Below, piece by piece: positions 50,029 to 62,700 of a DNA stretch of 64,000 nucleotides. The stretch is from Monocercomonoides exilis PA203 (Eukaryota; Protista; Preaxostyla). Positions within the stretch are counted from its first letter, which is position 1, and each line of letters opens with the position of its first letter. The position numbers and the translations under genes were made by a program. The stretch lies in assembly GCA_001643675.2 (NCBI GenBank), contig LSRY02000016.1:1240001-1304000 (forward strand), in the 5' to 3' direction. A model generated the notes under the pieces. It was not told where the DNA came from and searched no databases. It saw nothing but the letters and a program-made list of their open reading frames with translations.

Positions 50029-53000
50029 TCATATCGAGCCTTCTCCAATCCTATCCTTGCTTTCTCTATTGCCATTTGTTCCGCCACTCAAACATACCCC
50101 AATTGCATCAGGCACTGTCATCACTGTTGCATCCGCTGGAAAATGTTCAATGCATGCCCTCTTCACATTCATCAGCGTCGGCCGATCGCATGCTCTGCTT
50201 GACACACATGCCTTCACAGCTTCCTTCCACTTGCTCCCACCTACTCTTTCTAGATCAGGACGTTCTCCATTCACAATCTTCTGTCCAGCAACCTCTGCCT
50301 CATACTCCCCAAACGGAATATTCAGCGTCAGACACTCCCACAGCATCATCCCAATCGAAAAGGCAACCGACTCCTTTGTTGCTCCCATCTTCTTGCTGAT
50401 CAGCAGCTCTGGCGCCTTCCACCTCATACACTCTTTTCTGTTGTCATCCTCATCCTCAAAGGCAGATGAAGGAGGAGGTGATTTTGTGAATCTCTCGCTC
50501 TTCACAGAAACATCAGAGGAAGATGTGATCATGGTGGAGGTTGAAGAGATGGAGGAAGTGTCAGAGTCTGAGGAGCAGTCGGAGTGGAGGGCAATGCAGA
50601 TGACCATGTGCTCCGAGAACAGCACAATGTGGGGACTGAGATTGACCAAAGAGGAAAGCTCATTTTCCATTTCATCAAAGGAGTGGAGGGCGAGATTAGC
50701 CACCCAGAACAGGATCTGAGCAGCTGTCATCTCCCTCTCCTTCAAACTCCCAATCGCCATCTCCTTTGTCTTGTTCCTTCCATGAAGCAGCATGAACAAA
50801 GAATCCCTCAGATCCACAATCAGCTTCTCATGAGGGGATGAACACGCCATCGCATCCACCAGATTGGACATTGATGAGGGTGGTGGGGCACAGATCCTCT
50901 CCTCGAACAAAAGTGGAATCTGTGTCTGAAGTGTCTGTTGTTGAAGTGGATGAGATAGATGGCGATGGTGTTCGCTTTCGAATTTCCTCTTCCTCATCTT
51001 TCTCCAATGCCCATTCAGGAATCTTGTCTGAGTCTTTTCCAAGAATGTATTCAGTCGATCCACTCTCACTCAACAAATGCTCTGATGACTCTGAATGACC
51101 CAAGCTTTTCTCATACACTCTCTTCTTCATCCTCTCATCATTCTTCTTCTCTGCCTCATTCTCTGCTCTCCTCCACTGCTCCTCAGGTGACATCTCCATC
51201 GTCACCATCTCAAATGCCTTCGGATCTTTTCTGATGTTATCGTTCACAATCTCTCTCAGATCTTCTGCTTCATTCTTCACCTTCTTCCATCGAACGACAA
51301 ATATCACAAATCCAATCAGAACAATCAAAAATAAAACGACAAATATTACAATAATAATCAACGACCATAACGATCTTTCTTTCATTTCTCCTTCAGCAAG
51401 TTTGTCATTTCCGCTTCTTTGAGCTTCGCTTTTGTTTTTCAGAATAAAATGTTGCGTTTCGCATTTGTGTTTCTCATTACCAAAAAGAAGAGCAACAGAT
51501 GCTTCTGCATTTTCTTCTTCTCCAATAGTTGAGCTTGAAATATCTGCAGCTATCACACTCTCGTTCACATACTCATCAAAATCATATTTTTCCGCACGCT
51601 CTTCGTCTCCATTCCTCAGACTCAACTTCAAACCCACGTTGCAAGGAAGCAACAATGTGCCTTTCACATACAATCTAACTTCGTCTCCTTTCTTATCTAT
51701 CTTTGCTGATTCTATTGTGGGGATGAACAAAGGAGAAGGCCTCTCTCCAGCAATCCCTTTCATCGTGCATTCATTATCCAAGATCCATAATGATGTGTTT
51801 GGCAGCAGCCCATCTCCTCCTTTCACACTCATCACATCTACAACCCCAAAATCTGAGCAGACAATATTCCGTCTAACCGATGGGTAGTGCAAAATAGATG
51901 GATTATTGTTGTTGAAATCGCATGCTTCAATCGTCACAGCACCGCCACTCGCTGTCAACCCGCCTTTCGAGGAGTCGCAAACTGTTGCATCTCTTATCTC
52001 AGCAACACAATCAGAGAAATCAACAACAGAGCCGTTCCATTCGCAGATTCCCTCTTCAGCAACATTCATTTCCTCTGAACCACCAGCAAGATTCCCTTCA
52101 AACTTGCACTGATCGACCATCATCTCATCGGCAGAGACCATTGCCACTTGACTCCCTTTCGCAGATGCTGATGCGCATTCGCAAAATGAACAGTTGAACA
52201 TTTCAGAGGCAGACTTTGCATGAGACGTGAAAATAACGCTTGGTCCAGATGATGATCGGCTGATGTTCGCAAATGATGATAACGACAATGAAAAAAGCAA
52301 AGAAGAGCTCTCTTTCGCAGAAATCGCACAACCATTTTGCAGAATTGTATTTTCTGCTTTCAATTTGGAAATGCTAACACTCTGGCTAATTCCACACTCT
52401 ATCACTGAGCTCAGGCATTGAACATTGCTGATTGTGAGATCTTGAAACTTTACGCTTTCAGAAGTCAACACACGAAACGCTGATTTTGCTAATTGCAAGC
52501 TGCATATGCTGCACTCGCTTCCCTCGAGCAGTCCATCCTCAACAGTTAACAATGAAAAATCTAAATTGTTCTGTGAATTCCAAAGTGATCCACTCTCAGC
52601 CAGAAATGAAACGGATCCCAAAAAGAGAAATCCATTCAGTTGGTGTATTAAGCACGAGCAGGCAATGTTACACATACCATCAAAAACAAATGATACTTTC
52701 TCAAATCGAACAGATTCCGAAGTTCTCACAACTTCCTCCCCTGCCAACTCAACCTCACTCACTTTTATCTCGGCATTCCTATTCGATTCCATCGACTTGA
52801 TCGTCACCTTTTGAGCAGAGCACGAGCCAGTCAAAGTTGTTTCATTCCAAACAAACAGCTGAGAATAATCAGACGGGATAATGTGGCTCACTCCAACATT
52901 CAGCGATGAGCATGCGCTCTTCATTTCCCCACAATTCTTGCTGTCGCTTCTGTTCCCCACAATCGATGACACAAATATGAATTCGCTCCTGAACACATAC

Positions 53001-56000
53001 ACTCTTCCCAACAGATCCTCTTCATCCTCATAATTGTCTGCTGTGCATCCCCATATTGCCAGCTCCTTCACAAATGGCTCCCCAAAATTTATCAGGAACT
53101 GTGATTCAGTTATCTGTGAGTCAAGGTCAGTGCACTTCACAAACACATCTCTCCCTTTCAGTGCAGCATTCCCTCGGAATGTGATGTTCGATAGCACAAA
53201 TGGCAATGCCTTCTGCGAGACACTTTGTGATTTCAAAAACATCCCTCCTCCTCTTCCAATATTCGAGCAGAAGCATTCTGTCACATTTGTGTGGTTGATT
53301 TCCAACAATCCGCCTTCGCTGAGTCCAAAGAATACAGCTCCCCCTTCATTCGAGCTTGTTGATCCACAATCACGGATTGTCGAATTATGCATTTTCAATT
53401 TTGCCACATTTTGCTCACCGCAACAAAGCAACGATGGATTGTCCAATGAACTGTGCTTCACATTCAGGAATGCACATTGCTCAAATATGGTGTTCCATCC
53501 TTCGTCGGCTGCATTGCTTCCACCTCCAGATATCCGCGTTTCGGCCAGAGCAAAAACACTTCCTCCATTCAAAGAAATATCTTCGAATGTTGCATTCTTC
53601 ATCAACACTTTGCAATCAACTGATATGCTCATTATCTCGTGCATCGATCCCAGCTCTGTGATCTTTGTCGATTCTATCTGAACAATTCCTTTTGTGGCCA
53701 AAATCAGAACAAATGATGAATTGTTTCCAGCATTAGAATATGCATGGATTGAGCAGCACACAAGACTCGCTTTGATTGAATCTGAACCTGTCCAGATGAA
53801 AAATTTTGCTGGATTGTCAAAGGATGATGGAATCGAAATCTCCACTTTTTCAAATTCAATAACTCCGTTGCATTCAACAACAACATCTGCATTTCCTTCA
53901 ATCGCTTGAACAAATTTGATTTTGTCTGATTCGTCATTTGTTCCTTCTATTTTCATGCTGCTCAACCTTATTTCCCTCTTCACATCGCAAATCCCCTGTA
54001 TTATCAACCCTTCAAGAGATAGGTTGCTTGCCCTATTGAGCGCATAATCAACGGATCCGCACGGATATTCTTCTAATCCACATACAACCACGTTGTTTCC
54101 TTTCTCAGCAACATATACGCTCGATCCAATAGATTTCCAGAAATAGATCAGTGGGATTGCGCACTCTCTGTTTCCTCCGTCATATCCTCTCAGAGAGTCT
54201 TCAGTCAGCATCTCCAATCTATCTCTCACGAATGGAAGCGTTTCGTTCTTGACGCTGCTGGCAAGTGATAAAGACGAAATGAACAGATCCTTCCCATATT
54301 TCGCATTGTTTGGCTTGTTTGGTGAAAAAACAGGTGAGGATATCACAAACCATCCATTAACCTCTTCTTCTCTCAGTATCTTCATCATTATTCCTCCTCC
54401 ATATCCAACACTTTCCCCTTCATATGGTGCTGTGCAACCATAAAATGTGCATTCATTTGCCACAAGATTCGTTTTTGGAGATGCTTCAAAAAAGAGTGCT
54501 CCTCCCCCACACTCTTCTTCCTCTCCAGCAACAGCACATCCTTCGAATGTGCAGTCATTTATTTCCACTTTGTGATCTCTTCCATCATTATCATTCTCGT
54601 TCGTAATGCTGATGCACCCTCCACTTCCCTTCGAGCGAGTAATCAATGAAAATGTGCAACCAGATATCTCTTCGATATTTCCGTTGTGGCACTCAACAAC
54701 ACATCCATCAACAAATGAGATTTCTCCAAAATTGCTGTTCGTCATATTCATCGAAGGCACACTTTCGGAATTTCCTTCAACAATGAAAAACGAAAAACCC
54801 CATTTGGCAATACTTTCTGATCCAAACTCAATCACCTCCACAACTCCTCCAACAGCCTTCACAAGCACTGCCGAAATACTTTCGGCCTCTCCTTCCATCC
54901 CACACTTGCTCAGTGTGAGCTTCTCTGAACGACAACAAAACACACTTTCATGATATGTCAGCGATTGAGATATCGAAAATACAATGCCAGTTACAGATGT
55001 TGTGACTGTGTTCTCCATCAATCCACTTTGTGCTCCTTCTGTCAGATCAGCAACTCCACACTTCATTTCATTCTCCTTTGCTTTGATGCTCCATTCTTCC
55101 GAATCAAATCCCAATTCCTCCTCAAAGACAAATGGCTCAAGAACAGTAACATCTTTTTTCTTCCCTTCAAAATGGACTGATGCAGCATTTGCGATTGTGG
55201 AGCATGGAAACGCTTCATATCCACACATCGAAAAATCATGGCTTGATGATTCTTCTCCAACAAATGCTGATGCAGAAAAGTTGTTCCACAAATACACAAC
55301 CAGCGGAATGACAAATGACTCATTCAGCGTTGATCTCTCAAATCCATTCAGTTTTGAAAAGTTATTCAAATCAACATCAAATCCAATCGAGTTTCTGTCA
55401 ATCACACCTGAAAGATCATGTGCATTAACGAAGATTTCTTTCCCTTTTCTCGCATCGCACCCAGGAAATGAAACATCCTTCAAGATGAATGAACTCGCTC
55501 CACCATTCAAATGAAGATAAATCCCTCCCCCATATCCACGCTCCCCACCTGCTGTTTGCGTTGCCTTGCAGCTCACAAGTTGAAATAAGTCGTTTTCATC
55601 ATTTGAATACATTGAATTCGCTTGGGAAGCATCCGTCACATTTCCCACAGCGAATCTCGATCCTTCTCCCATTTCAACCCACAACCCTCCTCCATTTCCT
55701 CCTTTGCTCTCACACCCAGATATCAGCCCTCCAACTATTTCCAGAAAGCAATCCCTCCCAAGTGTGCATTCAATAGCTCCTCCATTTCCTTCAATCCCCT
55801 TGAATCCACTCATCGTATTGTTCGACAATTTCATTGACTTCCCAGAATATGTTGAAATAACTCGAATAGATCCTGATGGCAAATCTGCCTGTGAAGATGC
55901 TTTCACTGAAAGTGTTGAATCTTCACTCGTCAAAGATGCTCCATTCGCCACCCCAAACAAAACACTATTTCCTGTCGAGCTAATATCCTCAATATTCATG

Positions 56001-59000
56001 GAAGTGAATGTTCCAGCAGCATTGTTTCCATCAAGATTAATCAACGGACAGTTCCCAATTATCAATGATAATACAACAAAAGATGAAATAGAGACTTCAC
56101 CTGCTGTTATTGACAAAAATTCATAAGATAACGCTGACTGGGAGCCTTGAAATGTCAGTGAGCAATCTTCAAGCGAAAATGATTGTGAGGTGGAACTGAA
56201 GAATGATTCGTGATTTGGAAGAGCAGAAGGAACAGAGAAAATGAGTGACATCATATACGCATTTGCACTTACAGTTATCATACTTCCTTCACTTCCATCA
56301 GAATCATCAATAACCTTCCATCCACTGTTTCCATCTTTCCCTCGGATTGTGTGCTTGAAAGAGTCAAACATCAGCTCACTGTTCACTTCTGTCATCCCAT
56401 CGATAACAATCTTCTTTTCCTCTTCTTGTCTTGTCAGTGAATGATTCAAAGTCATGCAGGGAAACTCAGTAAACCCACAATAAGAATTGTCAAAAGCATC
56501 AACATTACTTGCAACAATCTCTTCTGGCAAAGAAATCAAATAAACGCATAGCGGAATTGGAACAGTTTCATTTCCATTGTCAAATCCTCGGATTTTGTTA
56601 ATCGTGGAAATTGATGCTGTCAATGAAGTGATTTTTCCACTTTTTGCTGTTGACTCCAAATTGATCGAATCAACAAAAATATCACTTCCCCACTTTGCCC
56701 TGTTCCCTTCGAATTCCGAGGAAATCATAAAATCTGAACTTATGTCTTTCACTTTCAGCCCAATCCCTCCTCCTCTCCCTTGAGTGGCTGAGGCATAACA
56801 ATTTTTCACAATGCCTCCATTCAACTTCACATACTTTTCACTTCCTATTTCAAGCATGAACCCTCCTCCAAAGAGTGATATTTCACTTCCACACCCATCT
56901 GCAGTGCTATCTTCAATGCACACAGAAAATGGCCTATCCGACAAATTGATCAATGAAGAGCCCGCCGTAGTTCTCACAATCCCTGAAAATGAACAATTTC
57001 CAGCCCTAACTTCGTTTGCATTTGAACCAGAAAAATCGAAAAGGCTCGTTGAAAGAGATATTTTCAGCCATCTCACAAAACTCATCTCCATTTCCCCTCC
57101 ATTTATCAAAATAAGTTCTGTCTCAATAAATGTGTTTTGTGAATGAGCAGCATCCGTTGAAATATTCAATCGTGCCATCCTCATCACTCCTGCATTTCCC
57201 ACTTCAAACAGTCTGCATTGCCTGTTGGTTTCGCGTGAGGAATCATGAACCACTGATAGGTCACTCACGTTCAACTTCCCTGCTCCGACTGCAAAAAGAG
57301 ACAGCCCAGCGGAATTCAGTTTGGTCATTACAGCACTTCCTGTGGGCTCCAGCCCACTGATTGCAAACGAATTTGTCCCAGCATCCACTTCATCTCGAAT
57401 ATTCATCGTTCCCCTCAGAATCTTCACATCCTCCACATAACCAGGAATGAGCTGTGAAATGCAATGCCCTATTGTCTCACATGGATGTGTTTCATCAAAC
57501 CCACAGAAAAAAGTGTTTGCTAAGACATCATGAGATTCTGATGTTGCAACATACAAATTCAATTTTGGAACAGATGCTAATAACTCACTTAAATCTTAAT
57601 CTTTCAGCCTTATTCCAACTCTATTTGATATGTTTTTTGTTGACTTACATGATATATCAATATTGTTATTTGCATTTCCTTCAAAACATATATCGTGACC
57701 ATTTAGCTCTGCAGTGTTATTGTGAAAAAAACAGTAATAAAGCAAGGTACCATCATTGGCACCTAAAATTTGAATTGTTATTCCTCCTCCCCAACAATTA
57801 GAATATCCATTCACAAAGAGGCAATTGCGAACAACGATAACTTCAAGATTATTCCAAATGCATGCTCCTCCGCCATCAGAATTTCCTGAATGATGACCAC
57901 TGCAGTTTGAAAAAGAGCAGTCCAAAACACAATTTTTTGTGTTTGTTGCTTTTGACGAATATATTCCTACACCTCCGGCATCATTTCCCGACCACCCATC
58001 TTTGAACATGCAGTTTTCAACAAAAGGTTGAGCCAACAGCAGTTCCATTGAAATCCCTGCACCTCCGTAATCCGTTGTTGCAGCACAAGAACAGTTTATA
58101 AAAGAACAATGCTTCACTGAACTTTCAAAAATGTTTAAAGCATAAATACCACCTCCTCTTGTTTTTGTTGCATTGCAATCTTGGAATGAAGAATTCGTCA
58201 CTGACAGTGTTGCCTCAGAGTTGCCATGCACATAAACTGCCCCTCCGTACTCAGCAGAACATCCGACCCATTCGCACAAGGACAAAGATTGCGACTCCGT
58301 TGTTGAGACGTTTTCTGTGTTCGTCATTTTTTGATCCTTCCTTTCGTTTTTGATGAACGTACAATTGTTGCAGATAAACTTCTCACAGCCCACTGTTCCA
58401 CTCACAATTCCACCTTCCAGAACATTTGTTGACCCTCTGACGATGCAATCTTCCAATTCGCTCATTTTTATTTCCACAACTTTGTCGCAACAGAATCGGG
58501 AAGCTTCACTTTTCTGCTCTGTAATGTTCACAAAACTGCTTCTTGAAATGCTTTCACCTTTCCCTGCTCCTTCTTTTACAAAATTTCCACTTCCACAAAA
58601 TACTATGTTCCTCCAATCACATTTCTTTGCAAATAATATTGATTCTTCAGTTGTCATCTCAACTACGCTTTTTCTCATAATCATGTTCGTGCCCAATTTA
58701 ATGGAAAAATTTGTGAGAGAACACATTCCACCATTGATTACAAATAAGCCAACTTCTTTGCATTCCTCGAATAAATGACAACCATCAAGTTGCAAATTAG
58801 ATTTGATGTAAATTTTAAATGCACAATTGTCTTTTCTCCTCTCAAATGATATCTTTCTGAACTCAACTGATCCATTATGAATGTTACAAAACACATCGAT
58901 GGTACTTTCTATATCTTCACAATTTTTTCCCATTTTTGTGAAAGCAAATGAAGGAACACATCCAGATTGTGAAAAATAGCTCCAACATTTCTCAATGAGA

Positions 59001-59026
59001 ATTAGCAATAACAATGCAGAAAACAT
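50029..59026 (-). pseudogene. Giant receptor-like pseudokinase gene (signal peptide, beta-helix/CG...PC ectodomain, TM, kinase-like tail), interrupted by one in-frame TAA and one frameshift
   Basis: ORFs 57596-59026 and 50828-57562 are in the same frame, separated only by TAA (KD*DLSELLASVPKLNLYV). TM is WSLIIIVIFVVLFLIVLIGFVIFVV. An extra C at ~50878-50880 shifts CPTT|SSMSNL into ORF 50029-51069, which has WKAPE, FSIGMMLWECLT..IPF and GERP/RPT. Confidence 0.8.
54908..57511. repeat. Left arm of a >=2.6-kb apparently perfect inverted repeat
   Basis: Mirror ORFs with identical translations in several frames. Paired coordinates sum to 118908 (e.g. 57130-57360 + vs 61548-61778 -; 54984-55514 + vs 63394-63924 -). 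Confidence 0.95.
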
Positions 59027-59716
59027 TGAAAATTGTATTTGCTGAACACAATAATGAAAAAAAAGATCAGCAAACCAAAGTTCGAATAAATCTTGTATTT
59101 TTTTTCAATTTTTCATTAATTCTTCAAAGACCATTTCTGTTTGAAAGAGAAAAAGTTTCTAAAACATATATAACCAAAAATAATTTCTAATTTTTTTTCA
59201 TTTTTTTTGAAAAACAAAAAAATTTCGTTTTCATTGTTCTCATCAAAAGAATCTTGATAAAAAAATAATGATTTGTTATTATTTATTCTTTTTGAAGTGA
59301 ATCTGATTTTTTTAGAAATAGTCATTCACTCTTTTGAAAAAGAATTCGATGGAAGGAAAAATCAATCCAAACGTCACATTCCATTGTGAGCAAAATTCTC
59401 CGAATATCTTTTCTTTTTATCAAATTCTCGAAAATGTTTAAAAGCATTTGTTTATGAGCATTTTATTCATTAAAAAAATTTTTAAAAAAGAAGGAAATAA
59501 ATTTTTATGAAATAAATAATTATGGGTTGTTATCCATTTCCTCTCCCTAAGAAAACAATATAAATTATTTTTTGTTTGACATCAAAAAGAATTACTTAAT
59601 GAAAGTTTTTGTGTCATTATTTATTTATTATTTATTTATTTTTCATATTCAAAATGACATGAATAAAAATTATTTTTTCTCATTTCGGATATCATTGAAA
59701 TGGGTTTATTGATCAT
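59027..59716. promoter_or_regulatory. AT-rich divergent (putative bidirectional) promoter region between two receptor paralogs
   Basis: 690 bp between ATG 59026 (-) and ATG 59717 (+). Function inferred from position only. Confidence 0.45.
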
Positions 59717-62700
59717 ATGGTGAATAAAATGATCATTACCCTCAAAATCCACCAGTTTTTTCGTTTCAAAGTCTCACTGTTATTGTTTATCCAATTAGCA
59801 GAGTTATTTGAATGCAGTCATTTATCTGCAAAATCCAAGAAAACTGAATTGAGTGCGTTGTCAATATTCAGCGATGAAATAAATAGGAAATCAAATTTTC
59901 AAAGTGTTTCTCGTTTCCTTGACGCAGAGGATATTCAAATCAAGGAACCTGGTATATTAGAGTACTTTTCAAATGAGGACAAGAGATTATTCGATCTATC
60001 AGCAAGCAGCTCTCGTGTTCAAACACAAATAAATACTGTGAATTCTTCCATTTTTGTGTCATCGGTGTTCTTCAAATTTTTGGATACAAAATCTTTTTTA
60101 TTCATTGATAAAACTTCGATGTGCTTTTTGCAGTCATTTTCAATCGAGAATTCTGAGAAGATAAGTGTTTCTCCTTTCGAATGTTGTGGCTCAATTTGTG
60201 TTCACAACTTTTCATTTGCCTCTTCTGTAAAGCAACAAATGAGAAGTTTGATATCATCAACGAATCTTTCCAACATATGTCTTTCAAGTTCGATATTTTC
60301 TAATCTTTGTTTATCTGATGATGGAAGTGTTCTTCATCGTGGTGAATGTGCTTTTGAGGAAATCAAAGAGTGTTTATTTTTTAACATCACTCAGAATCAT
60401 CAAAAGCGTTGCAAAGATCCTTCGTTGTTTTCAAGAAAAAGCGTTTTTCACAGTTGTGTTGTGGTCCGCTCAACAAATGTGCTTGAAGGAGGATTAGTTT
60501 GCGGATGCACTTTTTCTTCCTCTTTTTCATCATTTAATTCATCGTTTGTATCAAATACAAGGGTGAGTAACTCATTTATCAGAAAGGATAGAATATCAAC
60601 ATCAGATACACAATCTCTTAACTCTTGTGAATGGGTTGGATGTTCATCAGAATGTGGAGGAGCAGTCTATGTGTTTGATAATTCTGAGGCAAAACTGACA
60701 GTAACGAATTCTTCATTCCAAGATTGTTTTGCAACAAAAACAAGAGGAGGTGGCATTTTCGCAAAAAATATTTCTGAATGTGAAGTTAATAACAGCATAT
60801 TCGTCAATTGTTCATGCACAACTTCCGAAGACAACGGAGGAGGAGGAGGAATTGGTTATTATCAAATTAGCAAACAAACAATCACATCTAATTGCCTATT
60901 TCAGAATTCTTGGTCAGCTGATGATGCAGGAGGTTTGAGTGTGTGGTATTGCACGAGTGGCGAGGAAGAGAAGTGTGTCTTATCTTGTTTGTTTGATAAT
61001 TGCAGTGGAAATAAAGAACAGGGCTCAGCAGGAGGAGGAAGTGATGTTGTTTATTGTTATTCAAAGATTTGTTTTTCATCTTGTTGTTTCAAAAATTGCC
61101 ATTCAAAAGGAGGAGGTGGTGGTCTGTATTTTGACAATAATATTTCAATAAGTGGAATGCTGTTGTATTTCTGCTTTTTTCACAATAATACTGCTCAATT
61201 TGGAGGTCATGATGCTGTTTTTTATTTTGAAACCTCAAATCGAATTGATACGACTTGTGTAACAACAAGAACTTCAAGCAATAGAGTGTCAACCAAATGG
61301 TATTCAATTGAGGATAAAAGTGATTGGTTGAGAAATGTCGGAGGTCGAATAAGATATGTCTTTAATTCAAGCAATTATGAACATGCAAAAGATTCGTTTT
61401 TCTGTGGGTTTGATGAAACACATCCATGTGAGACAATAGGGCATTGCATTTCACAGCTCATTCCTGGTTATGTGGAGGATGTGAAGATTCTGAGGGGAAC
61501 GATGAATATTCGAGATGAAGTGGATGCTGGGACAAATTCGTTTGCAATCAGTGGGCTGGAGCCCACAGGAAGTGCTGTAATGACCAAACTGAATTCCGCT
61601 GGGCTGTCTCTTTTTGCAGTCGGAGCAGGGAAGTTGAACGTGAGTGACCTATCAGTGGTTCATGATTCCTCACGCGAAACCAACAGGCAATGCAGACTGT
61701 TTGAAGTGGGAAATGCAGGAGTGATGAGGATGGCACGATTGAATATTTCAACGGATGCTGCTCATTCACAAAACACATTTATTGAGACAGAACTTATTTT
61801 GATAAATGGAGGGGAAATGGAGATGAGTTTTGTGAGATGGCTGAAAATATCTCTTTCAACGAGCCTTTTCGATTTTTCTGGTTCAAATGCAAACGAAGTT
61901 AGGGCTGGAAATTGTTCATTTTCAGGGATTGTGAGAACTACGGCGGGCTCTTCATTGATCAATTTGTCGGATAGGCCATTTTCTGTGTGCATTGAAGATA
62001 GCACTGCAGATGGGTGTGGAAGTGAAATATCACTCTTTGGAGGAGGGTTCATGCTTGAAATAGGAAGTGAAAAGTATGTGAAGTTGAATGGAGGCATTGT
62101 GAAAAATTGTTATGCCTCAGCCACTCAAGGGAGAGGAGGAGGGATTGGGCTGAAAGTGAAAGACATAAGTTCAGATTTTATGATTTCCTCGGAATTCGAA
62201 GGGAACAGGGCAAAGTGGGGAAGTGATATTTTTGTTGATTCGATCAATTTGGAGTCAACAGCAAAAAGTGGAAAAATCACTTCATTGACAGCATCAATTT
62301 CCACGATTAACAAAATCCGAGGATTTGACAATGGAAATGAAACTGTTCCAATTCCGCTATGCGTTTATTTGATTTCTTTGCCAGAAGAGATTGTTGCAAG
62401 TAATGTTGATGCTTTTGACAATTCTTATTGTGGGTTTACTGAGTTTCCCTGCATGACTTTGAATCATTCACTGACAAGACAAGAAGAGGAAAAGAAGATT
62501 GTTATCGATGGGATGACAGAAGTGAACAGTGAGCTGATGTTTGACTCTTTCAAGCACACAATCCGAGGGAAAGATGGAAACAGTGGATGGAAGGTTATTG
62601 ATGATTCTGATGGAAGTGAAGGAAGTATGATAACTGTAAGTGCAAATGCGTATATGATGTCACTCATTTTCTCTGTTCCTTCTGCTCTTCCAAATCACGA

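Noticed and set aside
2685-57598. Alternative genetic code (TAA/TAG = Gln, known from some oxymonads) to explain in-frame TAG/TAA in the RT, the overlapping frame and the receptor
   Set aside because: Multi-kilobase ORFs contain many CAA/CAG codons and essentially no TAR, and TAA appears to terminate genes (5818, 15267). Isolated stops fit point mutations better.
57512-61396. DIRS tyrosine recombinase as a dedicated invertase for the receptor spacer
   Set aside because: It is >50 kb away, disrupted and part of a retroelement, and no short specific recombination sites were identified. Homologous recombination or conversion suffices.
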